A DNA stretch of 64,000 nucleotides, taken from contig CAVPNL010000001.1 of assembly GCA_963706575.1 (NCBI GenBank), positions 32,001 to 96,000 on the forward strand. The letters run 5' to 3'. Positions 1 to 9,816 of this stretch are shown here, one piece after another. Within the stretch, counting starts at the first letter, position 1, and each line of letters starts with the position of its first letter. Source of the stretch: an uncultured delta proteobacterium (lineage in GTDB: Bacteria; Desulfobacterota; Desulfobacteria; Desulfobacterales; JAHEIW01). The notes beneath the pieces were generated by a model that had not been told where the DNA came from, did not search any database, and saw only the letters and a program-made list of their open reading frames with translations. The translations under genes and the position numbers were made by a program.

Positions 1-669
1 CACGACAGAGGCCGGAATTCCGATATCGATAATCTCCAGTTTGCCGGTATAGTCGGCGCCCGGATAGGTGTAATGACCGATTTTGGCCAGGGCGAAGGTT
101 GCGGTTCCCTGTGCTCGGATGCACGTCCCGCAGGGCTGACCCGTATCTGAGTTCAAGCCTGATGGCATGTCCACGGCAAACACCGGTATGCCGTTACGGT
201 TAAGGTCGTTGATAAAATCGATGACAGTTTTGAAAAAGCCCCTGACATCAGATGTCAGTCCGGTGCCCAGGATGGCATCCACCAGGAGGTCGAAACTGGA
301 GAGGTCGGATTTTATTTTTGAAAAAGAGTTTTCGTCCGGAATTTCAATGACCGGAATTTTAAGCGCTGCTAAACGTTTGAGGTTGGCGGCGGCATCGCCT
401 TTTACCTTATTGGCTTTCGCCAGCAGATAAACCGTCACATCAATATGCCGTTCGGCCAGATATCTGGCCATAACAAACCCGTCACCGCCATTGTTGCCTT
501 TGCCGCAAATAATGCCCACAGCGGTTTTAATACTGCCGGCAAACTGATCCAGCAACACATCTGTGGCACCCCGCCCGGCATTTTCCATAAGCTCCAGGCC
601 CGGAATACCGTGAGTTTCGATCGCCTCACGATCCATCTCCTGCATTTCACCGGCAGTTACGAGAATCAT
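1..669 (-). CDS. nnr: NAD(P)H-hydrate epimerase/dehydratase (YjeF_N region; 3' end runs off the window)
   Basis: Not in the ORF track (no stop in window). Manual translation from ATG 669 gives [32 protein letters not shown]...GKGNNGGDG...VDAILGTG...AVDMPSG, the YjeF_N motifs. Confidence 0.9.
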   Translation of the reverse strand, partial: [223 protein letters not shown]

Positions 670-683
670 TGGAAACTCCGTTT

Positions 684-809
684 GAAATGATCTAAAGTGA
701 TCTAAAATGCCTAAAATGCCTAAAATTATGGGTATTGAACCTTTTATAAAAAAGACAGAATTCCATAACTTTAGGCATTTTAGTTCATTTTAGGCATTTT
801 AGGCACTTT
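684..809. repeat. Inverted repeat with tandem 9/10-mer arms (TAAAATGCC / GGCATTTTA)
   Basis: Left arm tctaaaatgcctaaaatgcctaaaattatgg, right arm ccataactttaggcattttagttcattttaggcattttaggcac; related copy at 23611-23735. Confidence 0.85.
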
Positions 810-864
810 GAATATTTTGGTCACCTTTACTTACTTATAATATTTGTATGATACCGTTAAGAGC

Positions 865-1584
865 TTACAGAGCCTGGATCAGATCAATCATGTCCTTGAC
901 GGCCTTTTCCATTCCCGTCAATACCGCCCGTGAAACAATACTGTGGCCGATGCTGAATTCATCAATTTCTTCTACGCCGCTGAAGGCCTTGATACTCTTG
1001 TAGCATAGCCTGCGTCCGGCCTTAACATTGAGTTTGAGTTTGTGTGCCAGTTTGACGGCATCTACTATCTTTAAAAATGCCTGATGTCGTGTTCGAGTTG
1101 TCTTGGCCTCACAATAGGTGCCGGTATGGATTTCGACAATTCCGGCATTGGTTCGATGGGCCTGCTTGAGCTGTTCGGGTTCCGGATCGATTAAAATGCC
1201 CACGGGGATGCCGCTGTTCTGCAAGGTATCGACGGTTTCCCTTATTTCTTCTTTATGGACAACGAGGTCCAAACCGCCGCCGGTGCTAAATTCTTCCCGT
1301 TTTTCGGGCACCAGGGTAACATGGTCCGGCTTGATATCCAGGGCCATGCCGACCATCTCGGTGGTTGAGGCCATTTCCAGGATCAGCTTGCTTTGTATCG
1401 TCTGGCGCAGGATGCGAACATCGCGGTCACTGATGTCCCGACGGTCTTCGCGCAAATGGACGACGATACCATCTGCTCCTGCCAATTCGGCCAGAACCGC
1501 GGCTGCCACCGGATCAGGAAACGAACTTTTCTCGGCTTCCCGCAAAGCAGCCACGTGATCTATCTTAACTGCTAAACCGGACAT
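865..1584 (-). CDS. pdxJ: Pyridoxine 5'-phosphate synthase (PdxJ) family protein with divergent active site
   Basis: Start reassigned to ATG 1584 (G-rich RBS upstream). Motifs IDHVA, GIVVHLREDRR, TLVPEKREE, EIHTG, IGHSI; several conserved residues are changed (see findings). Confidence 0.85.
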   Translation of the reverse strand: MSGLAVKIDHVAALREAEKSSFPDPVAAAVLAELAGADGIVVHLREDRRDISDRDVRILRQTIQSKLILEMASTTEMVGMALDIKPDHVTLVPEKREEFSTGGGLDLVVHKEEIRETVDTLQNSGIPVGILIDPEPEQLKQAHRTNAGIVEIHTGTYCEAKTTRTRHQAFLKIVDAVKLAHKLKLNVKAGRRLCYKSIKAFSGVEEIDEFSIGHSIVSRAVLTGMEKAVKDMIDLIQAL

Positions 1585-1612
1585 ATACCCCCCCCTTTTA
1601 GTTAAGTTTTGA

Positions 1613-2059
1613 TCAGACCTTTTGCGTTTCAAGTAATTGTAACAATTCGTTTGCTTTTTTTTCCATTTTTCGGGATTCGTCTGGGGTATTCTCATGGTCA
1701 TATCCCAGAAGGTGCAAGGTTCCGTGAATGAGAAGCTGGTCAAAGCGGTCCTGCATGCTGATACCGGCACTTTGTGCTTCGCGCTGCGCGGTGTCGGCTG
1801 AAATTACAACATCGCCCAGAAGGTTGGGAGCGATGTCTGAGAATGGGGCCTGGCGCATGGAAAATGCAATCACATTTGTCGGGCCTTCACGGTTAAGGTA
1901 TTGATGGTTGAGTAGCGCAATCTGTTGATCGTCAACAATGAGAATGGAAAGTTCTGCGTCAGGATAGTCCAAGGCGTTTAAGATGACGCTCGCCGTTTGA
2001 TGAATCTTCTTCTTTGAGATCCTGTGGTTGTCTTGCCTGTTGCCGATTTGAACTTCCAT
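1613..2059 (-). CDS. ybeY: rRNA maturation endoribonuclease YbeY
   Basis: HGTLHLLGYDH zinc motif; TNVIAF and LGDVVIS motifs; phoH neighbourhood. Confidence 0.95.
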   Translation of the reverse strand: MEVQIGNRQDNHRISKKKIHQTASVILNALDYPDAELSILIVDDQQIALLNHQYLNREGPTNVIAFSMRQAPFSDIAPNLLGDVVISADTAQREAQSAGISMQDRFDQLLIHGTLHLLGYDHENTPDESRKMEKKANELLQLLETQKV

Positions 2060-4382
2060 TCTTCAATTTTCCTTTATCATTTTCATTTCCCGTTGCCCGG
2101 CTTTCACTATATTCGATGCGGTGATGATGGATGCCGTACAAAATTTTGTTAAAACTTTTTGCAATATTATGGAGGTCTTTCAGCGTCAGTTCACAGGAGT
2201 CCAGTTGGCCGTCTGAGAAGATCTGGTTGATCAGTTTCTGGACCAGCCCCTGAATTCGTGAAGGAGTGGGGTTGTCCAAAGTTCGTGATGCAGCCTCAAC
2301 CACATCCGCCAGCATAACGAGGCCGGCCTCTTTGGTTTGAGGCTTGGGCCCCGGGTATCGGAAATCGTCGATGTTGACGGCATCCTCCCCCTTTTTTTGT
2401 TTGGCCTTTTCGTAGAAAAATTTAATGATGCTGGTGCCATGGTGTTGACGGATGGTATCGATGATCACCTGGCCCAGTTTATTTTCCCTGGCGGTTTCAA
2501 CACCGTCTTTGATGTGGGCAATCAGGATCAGGCCCGACATGGAAGGGGCCAGTTTATCATGCTTATTTCGGCCATTGGTCTGGTTTTCGATGAAGTAAAG
2601 GGGTTTTCTTATTTTGCCGATGTCATGATAGTATCCGCAAACTTTTGCCAGTAGGGGGTTGGCACCGATTTGCGTTGCCGCAGCTTCAACCAGAGAGCCG
2701 ACAATTACCGAATGGTGATAGGTGCCCGGCGCTTCGATCATCAACCGCTGCATGATCGGGCGGTCCAGCTGGGCAAGCTCAAGCAGGGTGATATCGGTTG
2801 TATAGTCAAAAGCAATTTCGACCAATGGGACAATGCCGGCTGTGAGGATTCCAGCGACAACACCCCCCATAAAGGCAAACGCCCAATCCCAGATGAGTTT
2901 GGAAGTTGATAATTCCCCTATATAGAGGTGGATCGCGGTAGCCAGCACGATATTTAGCAATCCAAGCTTGGTGCCTGCGATGATGAACACTTTTCTTTCA
3001 CGGCAACTCCGCAGCCAGTAAGCCGCCATCGTTCCGCTAATCAGAAAATAAATAAATATTTCAAAGCTGTTTTGGAAAATGAAAGCAAAACCGATGGCCA
3101 GCACCATGGCCATGGGAAGGGCTACCGCTAGCCCTAAAAACAGACAGATGATCATCGCTCCCGAAGCCAGGGGGATACCGAAATAAATTGATGCGCCCGG
3201 TATGAAGACCGCTGAATTGTGAGTGAGCAGTCCTGCAAAAGACCCGGAGATCTCTGCCAAAAAGAAAAAGGTCAGGGACAAACAGGCAATCAGAAGCAAG
3301 TTTTTATTATGATAGTTGGTCATTGGGCCCTGAACATTGAGGTGCAAAATGTAGGTGGTTATCAGGAGGCTAATTAAAAGCAACGCTGCGCCAAGGCTGC
3401 TGAGCAAGACCTGCTCCTTTTTGGTCTGGGACTGCAGCGCCTCCAATTTTAGCAAATCAAGTTCGGTCACCAGCGCACCTTCTCTTAGCAGCATTTCCCC
3501 AGCCTTGATTTTATATAAAACCGGCTTTATTTCTGCTCCAACTTTGTTCTGGCGTTCCTGGGTTTCGCTGCGGTTTAAGGTGATATTGGGTTGGATAAGC
3601 TCCTGAACAAAGTCCACAACCAGGTTTTTAAGCGTATAATCCAGGTCCTGCAGGTCGGGCTGGCCAATGGTGCGGACAATGGCTTTGGCCTGATTCAGTC
3701 CGTAAAATTGATTTAAGTTGCCTGCGATCCTTTCTTTTTTAGTAGCGACGTCCCTTAGGATAATGCCCTTATCCAGTTCCTTTAGCAGGATTTCTTTATT
3801 GGTCACCACGCCGTTGTTTAAAATAGTGGCTAAAATCTTATTGATAATGTCGGCAATTTTGATTGAAAAACCTTCTTTGGCAAGGGCTTGATAGGCGCCC
3901 TGGCTGACGCGAATACCGATGGTTTCTTCAAACTGTTCCTGTTTTTGCCGGATCAGTTCCTGCAGGGATGGTTTCGGATCTTGCGGCTCGATAGGCTCAG
4001 GTTCTGATTGGGTTTCCAATTCCTTCAGCAGGCTGTTTTGGTATAGTTCAATCACTGATTGTAAACCGCCAAAGGCCTGCTCCACATTGCGCTTTAGGGT
4101 ATTGGCAAGATTGTCATCGAAGTCGTAAACCGTTAGCACATCTGCCACGGTCTGCTGGCGCTTTTTGTCGGTTGCCGCCTGGTCTTCGATAAAAAAATCC
4201 CTTGAGGCTTTGATGTCGCGCTCGACCACATCTCCCACGGTATACTGGTGTTTGGTGATGACGAGACTGGGGTATAAAATGATGATAAAAAGGATGGCCG
4301 ACAACACCAGAATTCCCCACCGAATCCGGGTGTTATTGTCCAGTAGCTTATTTATCGATTCTCTGCCTTTTCCGAAATTCAT
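1959..4382 (-). CDS. 7TM-HD (HDIG) membrane phosphohydrolase, PgpH-like (possible c-di-AMP phosphodiesterase)
   Basis: N-terminal TM, large extracytoplasmic domain, about 7 TM helices, then EAPGTYHHS, YYHDIGK, QHHGT, MLADVVEA. Start taken at MNFGK. Confidence 0.85.
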   Translation of the reverse strand: MNFGKGRESINKLLDNNTRIRWGILVLSAILFIIILYPSLVITKHQYTVGDVVERDIKASRDFFIEDQAATDKKRQQTVADVLTVYDFDDNLANTLKRNVEQAFGGLQSVIELYQNSLLKELETQSEPEPIEPQDPKPSLQELIRQKQEQFEETIGIRVSQGAYQALAKEGFSIKIADIINKILATILNNGVVTNKEILLKELDKGIILRDVATKKERIAGNLNQFYGLNQAKAIVRTIGQPDLQDLDYTLKNLVVDFVQELIQPNITLNRSETQERQNKVGAEIKPVLYKIKAGEMLLREGALVTELDLLKLEALQSQTKKEQVLLSSLGAALLLISLLITTYILHLNVQGPMTNYHNKNLLLIACLSLTFFFLAEISGSFAGLLTHNSAVFIPGASIYFGIPLASGAMIICLFLGLAVALPMAMVLAIGFAFIFQNSFEIFIYFLISGTMAAYWLRSCRERKVFIIAGTKLGLLNIVLATAIHLYIGELSTSKLIWDWAFAFMGGVVAGILTAGIVPLVEIAFDYTTDITLLELAQLDRPIMQRLMIEAPGTYHHSVIVGSLVEAAATQIGANPLLAKVCGYYHDIGKIRKPLYFIENQTNGRNKHDKLAPSMSGLILIAHIKDGVETARENKLGQVIIDTIRQHHGTSIIKFFYEKAKQKKGEDAVNIDDFRYPGPKPQTKEAGLVMLADVVEAASRTLDNPTPSRIQGLVQKLINQIFSDGQLDSCELTLKDLHNIAKSFNKILYGIHHHRIEYSESRATGNENDKGKLKNGSSNRQQARQPQDLKEEDSSNGERHLKRLGLS

Positions 4383-4439
4383 AAATATTCCACAAATGTT
4401 AACGGCGAGCACACTGCCGATGTGCGCTTGCACCGCGTT

Positions 4440-5453
4440 TTACGGCTGATCCTTCCTGTCGGCGGCATCCTGCTGCTGCATCTTGCTGTCTTCAAATTCC
4501 TCATAGGCCTTGATGATATCCTGCACGAGTCTGTGCCTGACAACATCCAGTTTTGAAAAAAAGACAAATTTGATGTCCCCAATTTCCTGAAGAATATTTT
4601 TAGCCTGAATCAAACCCGATGTCCTTCCAACCGGAAGGTCAATCTGGGTGATGTCTCCGGTGATGACCGCTTTTGAATTGTATCCAATACGGGTCAGGAA
4701 CATTTTCATTTGTTCCGGAGTCGTGTTTTGAGCCTCATCCAGGATTATAAAAGAATCATTTAAAGTGCGCCCCCGCATGAATGCGAGCGGTGCCACCTCG
4801 ATGGCGCCTTTTTGCATCAGATTCGCGACCTTCTCAAAGCGCATCATATCATGAAGGGCGTCATATAAGGGCCTTAAATATGGATCTACCTTTTCTGCCA
4901 GATCCCCGGGTAAAAAGCCCAATTCTTCGCCGGCTTCCACTGCCGGGCGCGTCAGGATAATGCGATTAACTAATCCTTTTGTAAGGGCAGAAACCGCCAT
5001 CGCCATGGCCAAGTAGGTTTTTCCCGTTCCGGCGGGACCGATTCCGAAAACTATATCATATTTTCGAATCGCATCAATGTATTCCTTCTGGGCCGGACTT
5101 TTAGGGGCAATGGTTGTTTTTTTTGAGGTAATGAAGACGGCATCTAAAAAAATCTTCTTCAAATCGGCACGGTCATTTCCGCTGAGCACCCGCACCGCGT
5201 AATCAATGTCATTAGCGTGAATGGGATACCCTTCCTTTATCAGGCCATACAACTGTTCAAGCACGTTTTGTGCCAGGTGCGCGGCAATGCTGTCTCCCTG
5301 AATAAATACCTTACTGCCTCTTGCGTTCACGGTAATTTCCGTAGCCTCGGCGATTCGCTGTAAATTGCTGTTGTGTTCCCCAAACAATTGCCTGGCCAAT
5401 TCAATATCCGTAAAATCAACCGTGATGGGTTTGTTGTGCGAATTGTCATCCAT
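4440..5453 (-). CDS. phoH: PhoH family ATPase (YbeZ-like)
   Basis: GPAGTGKT Walker A, LTRPAVEAGEELGFLPG, FMRGRTL, DEAQN. Confidence 0.93.
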   Translation of the reverse strand: MDDNSHNKPITVDFTDIELARQLFGEHNSNLQRIAEATEITVNARGSKVFIQGDSIAAHLAQNVLEQLYGLIKEGYPIHANDIDYAVRVLSGNDRADLKKIFLDAVFITSKKTTIAPKSPAQKEYIDAIRKYDIVFGIGPAGTGKTYLAMAMAVSALTKGLVNRIILTRPAVEAGEELGFLPGDLAEKVDPYLRPLYDALHDMMRFEKVANLMQKGAIEVAPLAFMRGRTLNDSFIILDEAQNTTPEQMKMFLTRIGYNSKAVITGDITQIDLPVGRTSGLIQAKNILQEIGDIKFVFFSKLDVVRHRLVQDIIKAYEEFEDSKMQQQDAADRKDQP

Positions 5454-5774
5454 TTTGTTTACAATGAATTAAAGTGGAATAAAGTTTCCATGCCTTAACC
5501 GAAACCGCGGCATGCGGTTTTAATCTCGAGGGGCTTTACTTCCTATCACAACCGATAATGATTGCAAGAACCTTTCTATTTTAGACCGAAATCGGTTCAA
5601 AATACAAATCATAACCTCATTTTTCCCTGGAAAAATACCTTGACTCACCATATATGCTCTGTTACTTCAACCGGCTGAAACAGTTGCAATTTGCGCCATG
5701 GTCCATTATGTGTGCCGGGTGATCGCACAGGCGAAACCCGAGGTCTCAAGATTTGTGGTCGTTCACGTGATTAG

Positions 5775-6302
5775 ATGAACCCATTTGATATTTTCATAAT
5801 AATTATAATAGCTTATAGCCTAATACGAGGCCTTTTCAGAGGTTTGGTCAAAGAAGTTTCATCCATTATCGGTGTTCTGGGCGGCTTTTATGCGGCCTAT
5901 TCATATTACCCGATGGTGGCCAAATTGTTTGCGAACCTGATTATCAATTCTTCATATTTGAATATTTTGAGTTTTCTGATTATTTTTTGCAGCGTTCTCA
6001 TTATCATTAGCATTCTGGGGATTGTCATCAAATATCTGCTGAATGTGGCTTTTTTAGGATGGATCGATCGCGCATGTGGTCTCGGATTTGGACTGGTTAA
6101 AGGCCTTTTAATTGTCACGGTATTATTTATCATTCTCACAACCTTTCTTCCCAAAGGTGCTGCGCTCATAAAAAAATCGATTCTCGCTCCCCACGTAATC
6201 TGGATTTCTGAAAAAATGGTCAACGTGGTACCCAAGGAGATGAAGAAAGACTTTTTCGGCAAACTCGACGAATTTAAAAAAGCGTGGAAAATTCCAAAAT
6301 AA
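5775..6302 (+). CDS. cvpA: CvpA (colicin V production) family membrane protein
   Basis: DI...RGLFRGLVKE N-terminus, four hydrophobic segments, DRACGLGFGLVKG. Confidence 0.85.
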   Translation: MNPFDIFIIIIIAYSLIRGLFRGLVKEVSSIIGVLGGFYAAYSYYPMVAKLFANLIINSSYLNILSFLIIFCSVLIIISILGIVIKYLLNVAFLGWIDRACGLGFGLVKGLLIVTVLFIILTTFLPKGAALIKKSILAPHVIWISEKMVNVVPKEMKKDFFGKLDEFKKAWKIPK

Positions 6303-7015
6303 AATCAGAAAAAGATCCTATAAAAGCCCTGATATCGCTCGTTAAATCCTTGCGGGGCCAACCCGGATGCCCCTGGGACAAAAAGCAAACCCCTAAAACC
6401 ATGCTCATCTATCTGATAGAGGAAATGTATGAGCTTGCCGATGCCATTGAGTCAAATTGTGCTGAAGAAGTGCGAGAAGAGCTCGGGGATGTATTATTTC
6501 ATATTGTTTTTATCACCCGCTTGTTTCAAGAAACAGGCCGCTTTTCAATCTACGATGTTGCGCGGGACATCACAGAGAAGATGATCCGTCGCCATCCCCA
6601 TGTCTTTGGTGCCGCCCGGGTTGATAACACCGATGAGATCAGGCAAAATTGGTATCAAATAAAGCAGAATGAAAAAAAACAGTTCAAAAAAGAGTCCGTC
6701 CTTGATTCGGTGCCCATAAACCTGCCGGCGTTAATGCGAGCTTACCGGATTGGTGAACGCACAGCGCGTTGCGGGTTTGAATGTGAAGATCGTGACAGCC
6801 TGCTGGATAAACTAAATTCTGAATTCGAGCAATTAAAGTCCAGCACAGCGAACGATCAATCAGACCGAATAGCAAATGATTTCGGAAATTTGCTATTTTC
6901 TCTGGTTAATTTGGCCCGGCTTTCAAAAATTCACCCTGAAAGCGCCCTTTCTGGTGCAGTTAAAGCGTTTGAAAAGCGATTCAGAAAGATGGAAAAAGAG
7001 GTTTCGGCAAAATGA
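6284..7015 (+). CDS. mazG: Nucleoside triphosphate pyrophosphohydrolase MazG
   Basis: LRGQPGCPWDKKQT, EEMYEL, EELGDVLF, RRHPHVFG; second MazG repeat degenerate. Confidence 0.88.
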   Translation: MENSKIKSEKDPIKALISLVKSLRGQPGCPWDKKQTPKTMLIYLIEEMYELADAIESNCAEEVREELGDVLFHIVFITRLFQETGRFSIYDVARDITEKMIRRHPHVFGAARVDNTDEIRQNWYQIKQNEKKQFKKESVLDSVPINLPALMRAYRIGERTARCGFECEDRDSLLDKLNSEFEQLKSSTANDQSDRIANDFGNLLFSLVNLARLSKIHPESALSGAVKAFEKRFRKMEKEVSAK

Positions 7016-7638
7016 TTGCAATTATTGACTACGATGCCGGCAATCTTGCGAGCGTATTCCGGGCGGTTTCTCATCTTGGTTTTGCATGTGCGATCACCAA
7101 AGATGTTCATGAGATCAAAGCGGCGGAGCGGATTATTTTTCCGGGAGTTGGCGCCGCCGGAGCGGCTATGACAAGTCTGCAACGTTCAGGGCTGGATGTT
7201 GTCATCAAAGAAGCATTTGCCGAGGGGAAACCCATTCTGGGGATTTGCCTGGGTTCACAGATTATTCTGACCCATAGCGAAGAAAATTCCACTTCGTGCC
7301 TCGGAATATTAGGCGGGGTGGTGCGCGCCTTTGCGCCTGGTCACCAATCAGAAGACGGCCAAAAGCTAAAAATTCCGCACATGGGTTGGAATGGTGTTCG
7401 CATTGAAAAATCCCATCCGCTGCTATCCGGAGTGCGAGCAGATGATGAGTTTTATTTTGTGCACAGCTATTATCCGGATCCGCAAGACCTCGACACCGTG
7501 ATAGCCGTAACGGATTATGGAATTTCGTTTGCCTCGATTGTCGGGTTGAATAATTTGTTTGCGACTCAATTTCACCTTGAAAAAAGCGGACGGCCCGGCC
7601 TGAAGATACTTGACAATTTTTGCAGATGGACACCTTAG
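7012..7638 (+). CDS. hisH: Imidazole glycerol phosphate synthase, glutamine amidotransferase subunit
   Basis: IIDYDAGNL, PGVGA, GICLG, PHMGWN, YFVHSY, QFHLEKS. Confidence 0.95.
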   Translation: MIAIIDYDAGNLASVFRAVSHLGFACAITKDVHEIKAAERIIFPGVGAAGAAMTSLQRSGLDVVIKEAFAEGKPILGICLGSQIILTHSEENSTSCLGILGGVVRAFAPGHQSEDGQKLKIPHMGWNGVRIEKSHPLLSGVRADDEFYFVHSYYPDPQDLDTVIAVTDYGISFASIVGLNNLFATQFHLEKSGRPGLKILDNFCRWTP

Positions 7639-7640
7639 CC

Positions 7641-7790
7641 TGAATGGAATGATGGAATGGTGGAATAATGGAATATTGTTTAAAAATGCCTAACCAATGC
7701 ATTAAGGCTGAAGAGATTGCTTCGCTTGTTATTGATTTTTCATGAATGCCCCATATACCAACATTCCATTTTTCCATTATTCCAATTGCG
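7641..7790. repeat. Inverted repeat with tandem 8-mer arms (TGGAATNN / NNATTCCA)
   Basis: tggaatgatggaatggtggaataatggaatattg ... caacattccatttttccattattcca between hisH and hisF. Confidence 0.8.
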
Positions 7791-7858
7791 GACGAAGAGA
7801 AATAAGTTCAAAAAACGTTTCGATTTGCTAATTGATATTTAGTTCTGAGGATACCGGC

Positions 7859-8638
7859 ATGCTGAGCAAACGCATCATACCCTGCCTGGATGTACGGGAA
7901 GGAAAGACCACCAAAGGCATCAAGTTCAAAAATAATGTGGACATTGGTGATCCGGTTGATATGGCCCGGCTCTATTACGAAGCCGGAGCCGATGAAATTG
8001 TTTTTTATGACATCACGGCATCCCATGAAAAACGGAATATCATGTTGGACGTCGTCAAACGTGTGGCAGAGACCATATTTATCCCTTTTTCCGTTGGGGG
8101 CGGGATTCGGACAGTTGAGGACATGCGAAAGGTGCTTTTGGCCGGTGCCGAGAAAGTTAGTGTTAATAGTGCGGCGGTAAAAAATCCCGACATCATCGCA
8201 CTGGGCGCCAAGGCATTCGGCAGTCAGTGCATTGTTCTGGGCATGGATGCCAAATTTGTGGGCGAGAACGAAAAAACGCCGTCGGGTTATGAGATTTACA
8301 TCAACGGCGGAAGAACACCCATGGGAATTGACGCCTTGAGTTGGGCGACTGAAGCCCAAAAACTCGGTGCGGGTGAGATCTGTTTGAATTCAATTGATGC
8401 CGATGGAACCAAAGACGGATATGAACTGAACCTGACGACGATGATTTCTGAAAATGTCGATATTCCGGTGATTGCCTCCGGCGGCGCCGGTACACCCGAA
8501 CATCTATGCGATGTGCTCACCAGGGCCAAAGCCGATGCAGCCTTAATTGCTTCCATGGTCCATTATGGGACCTATACGATAACCGAAATCAAGTTATTTC
8601 TGGCAAAGAACTCGGTTAAGATTCGTAAAACCTGGTGA
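7859..8638 (+). CDS. hisF: Imidazole glycerol phosphate synthase, cyclase subunit
   Basis: [46 protein letters not shown]. Confidence 0.96.
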   Translation: MLSKRIIPCLDVREGKTTKGIKFKNNVDIGDPVDMARLYYEAGADEIVFYDITASHEKRNIMLDVVKRVAETIFIPFSVGGGIRTVEDMRKVLLAGAEKVSVNSAAVKNPDIIALGAKAFGSQCIVLGMDAKFVGENEKTPSGYEIYINGGRTPMGIDALSWATEAQKLGAGEICLNSIDADGTKDGYELNLTTMISENVDIPVIASGGAGTPEHLCDVLTRAKADAALIASMVHYGTYTITEIKLFLAKNSVKIRKTW

Positions 8639-8798
8639 GAATATTAAGAATTCTGGCATAAAAGGCAGGTGGGGGGGGACAGGATATACGGGTGCCAATC
8701 ACCCCCAAAGGGGTGGATTGACCCGGTATAAATATGACTGTTCGACCGGTTAACGTATTACAGTTTTAATGAAATGGCGGATATTGCTTAATGATTAA

Positions 8799-9092
8799 TT
8801 AAGCCATTTCATTTGACAGTACGTATCCAGGGGGAGTTTTGCGAACAATTTCCCCGTTTTCGTTATATTCCTCGACAATGATGTCGCCGTCTTCGAATGT
8901 GTTTTTCCGTGTCGTCTCTTCGTCTTTTTTTAAATTCATTTCGGATTTGGAACTGTCTTCCGTTTTTTCAACGGGTCTTTTCCCTTTAACTTGATCGCTT
9001 TTCTTCACAGCGATCTGCTGGTCATACATCTCGCTGTCATAATTTGCGCGCACCGTGTGTTGCATGGTGGCTTCTCCAATAGCATGTAACAT
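8799..9092 (-). CDS. Small protein with FlaG-like C-terminal motif
   Basis: AAGGAGG RBS 5 nt before ATG 9092; C-terminal IVEEYNENGEIVRKTPP resembles the FlaG D-x2-TGEVIRQIPP motif. Confidence 0.55.
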   Translation of the reverse strand: MLHAIGEATMQHTVRANYDSEMYDQQIAVKKSDQVKGKRPVEKTEDSSKSEMNLKKDEETTRKNTFEDGDIIVEEYNENGEIVRKTPPGYVLSNEMA

Positions 9093-9146
9093 GATGCCCT
9101 CCTTTGGTTTGATGAGCCCTCCTGACCCATATGCTGCTGCTGACGG

Positions 9147-9569
9147 TTAAATGTCAGCATCTTTTTCAACCGCGTCTTTTGCCAATTGTTCGAGCCGGTC
9201 AATCAGAAATTTCGTATCTTTGACCGATAACGCGGTTGTTCTCTTTTTATTGAGGTCGTCGATCACATTAAATACGAACCCGGTTTCTTTTTTGTTGTCG
9301 GGATCAAGGCTGTTTTTTGCATTTTCTCGGGGCTGATTTTGTTCCTGTGTCATCATTTCGCTTTTAGAGCCATAGCGGGAAATTTTATTTAAAATGTCTT
9401 GCGCGACCCTCTCAATTATGGCCCTGCGTCTGCCCTCGGTTGAAAGATTAATTTGATCCAGCTGTTGTTTTTCATTTCCCGGTTTCGGCTTTTGGGTATT
9501 TCTGTCCTGACTGAGTTGTTTGCTGTAAACGTTTAACACATTATGGATCTGATAACTGGACACAAACAT
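9147..9569 (-). CDS. DVU0524-like FlgM-associated protein
   Basis: Start MFVSSYQIHNVLNVYSKQL with AGGAG RBS; DQINLSTEGRRRAIIERVAQDI matches my recollection of this deltaproteobacterial family. Confidence 0.7.
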   Translation of the reverse strand: MFVSSYQIHNVLNVYSKQLSQDRNTQKPKPGNEKQQLDQINLSTEGRRRAIIERVAQDILNKISRYGSKSEMMTQEQNQPRENAKNSLDPDNKKETGFVFNVIDDLNKKRTTALSVKDTKFLIDRLEQLAKDAVEKDADI

Positions 9570-9592
9570 TTGGCAATTTTCTCCTGTATTTT

Positions 9593-9620
9593 CTATCGGT
9601 CGAACTTTAAACAAACTTTA
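9593..9620 (-). promoter_or_regulatory. Putative sigma-28 (FliA) promoter
   Basis: Minus strand TAAA(GTTT)-N16-ACCGATAG versus consensus TAAA-N15-GCCGATAA, just upstream of the RBS of the DVU0524-like gene. Confidence 0.55.
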
Positions 9621-9816
9621 GGGAAAAATGGATCAGGGCGGGTGGTACTTTATATAACTATCTAATTATTTTATAAATATTTGAATAACAGAGATGGGGT
9701 CGGTAGGATGCCGACGGGGAGAATGGTCTTAATTTTTTGATAGGAAAATCGATAGGGACAGTTATGCCACAGACAATCGACACGGTCAAACCCGATATAT
9801 TCGTAAGCGCTTCCCG

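Noticed and set aside
1585..1770. N-terminal extension of the pdxJ ORF in the ORF track
   Set aside because: It overlaps ybeY; the family-typical start with an RBS is ATG 1584. Similar over-extended starts were trimmed for hisF, argJ, rplA, rplJ, rpoB, rpsL, rplC, rplD and rpoA.
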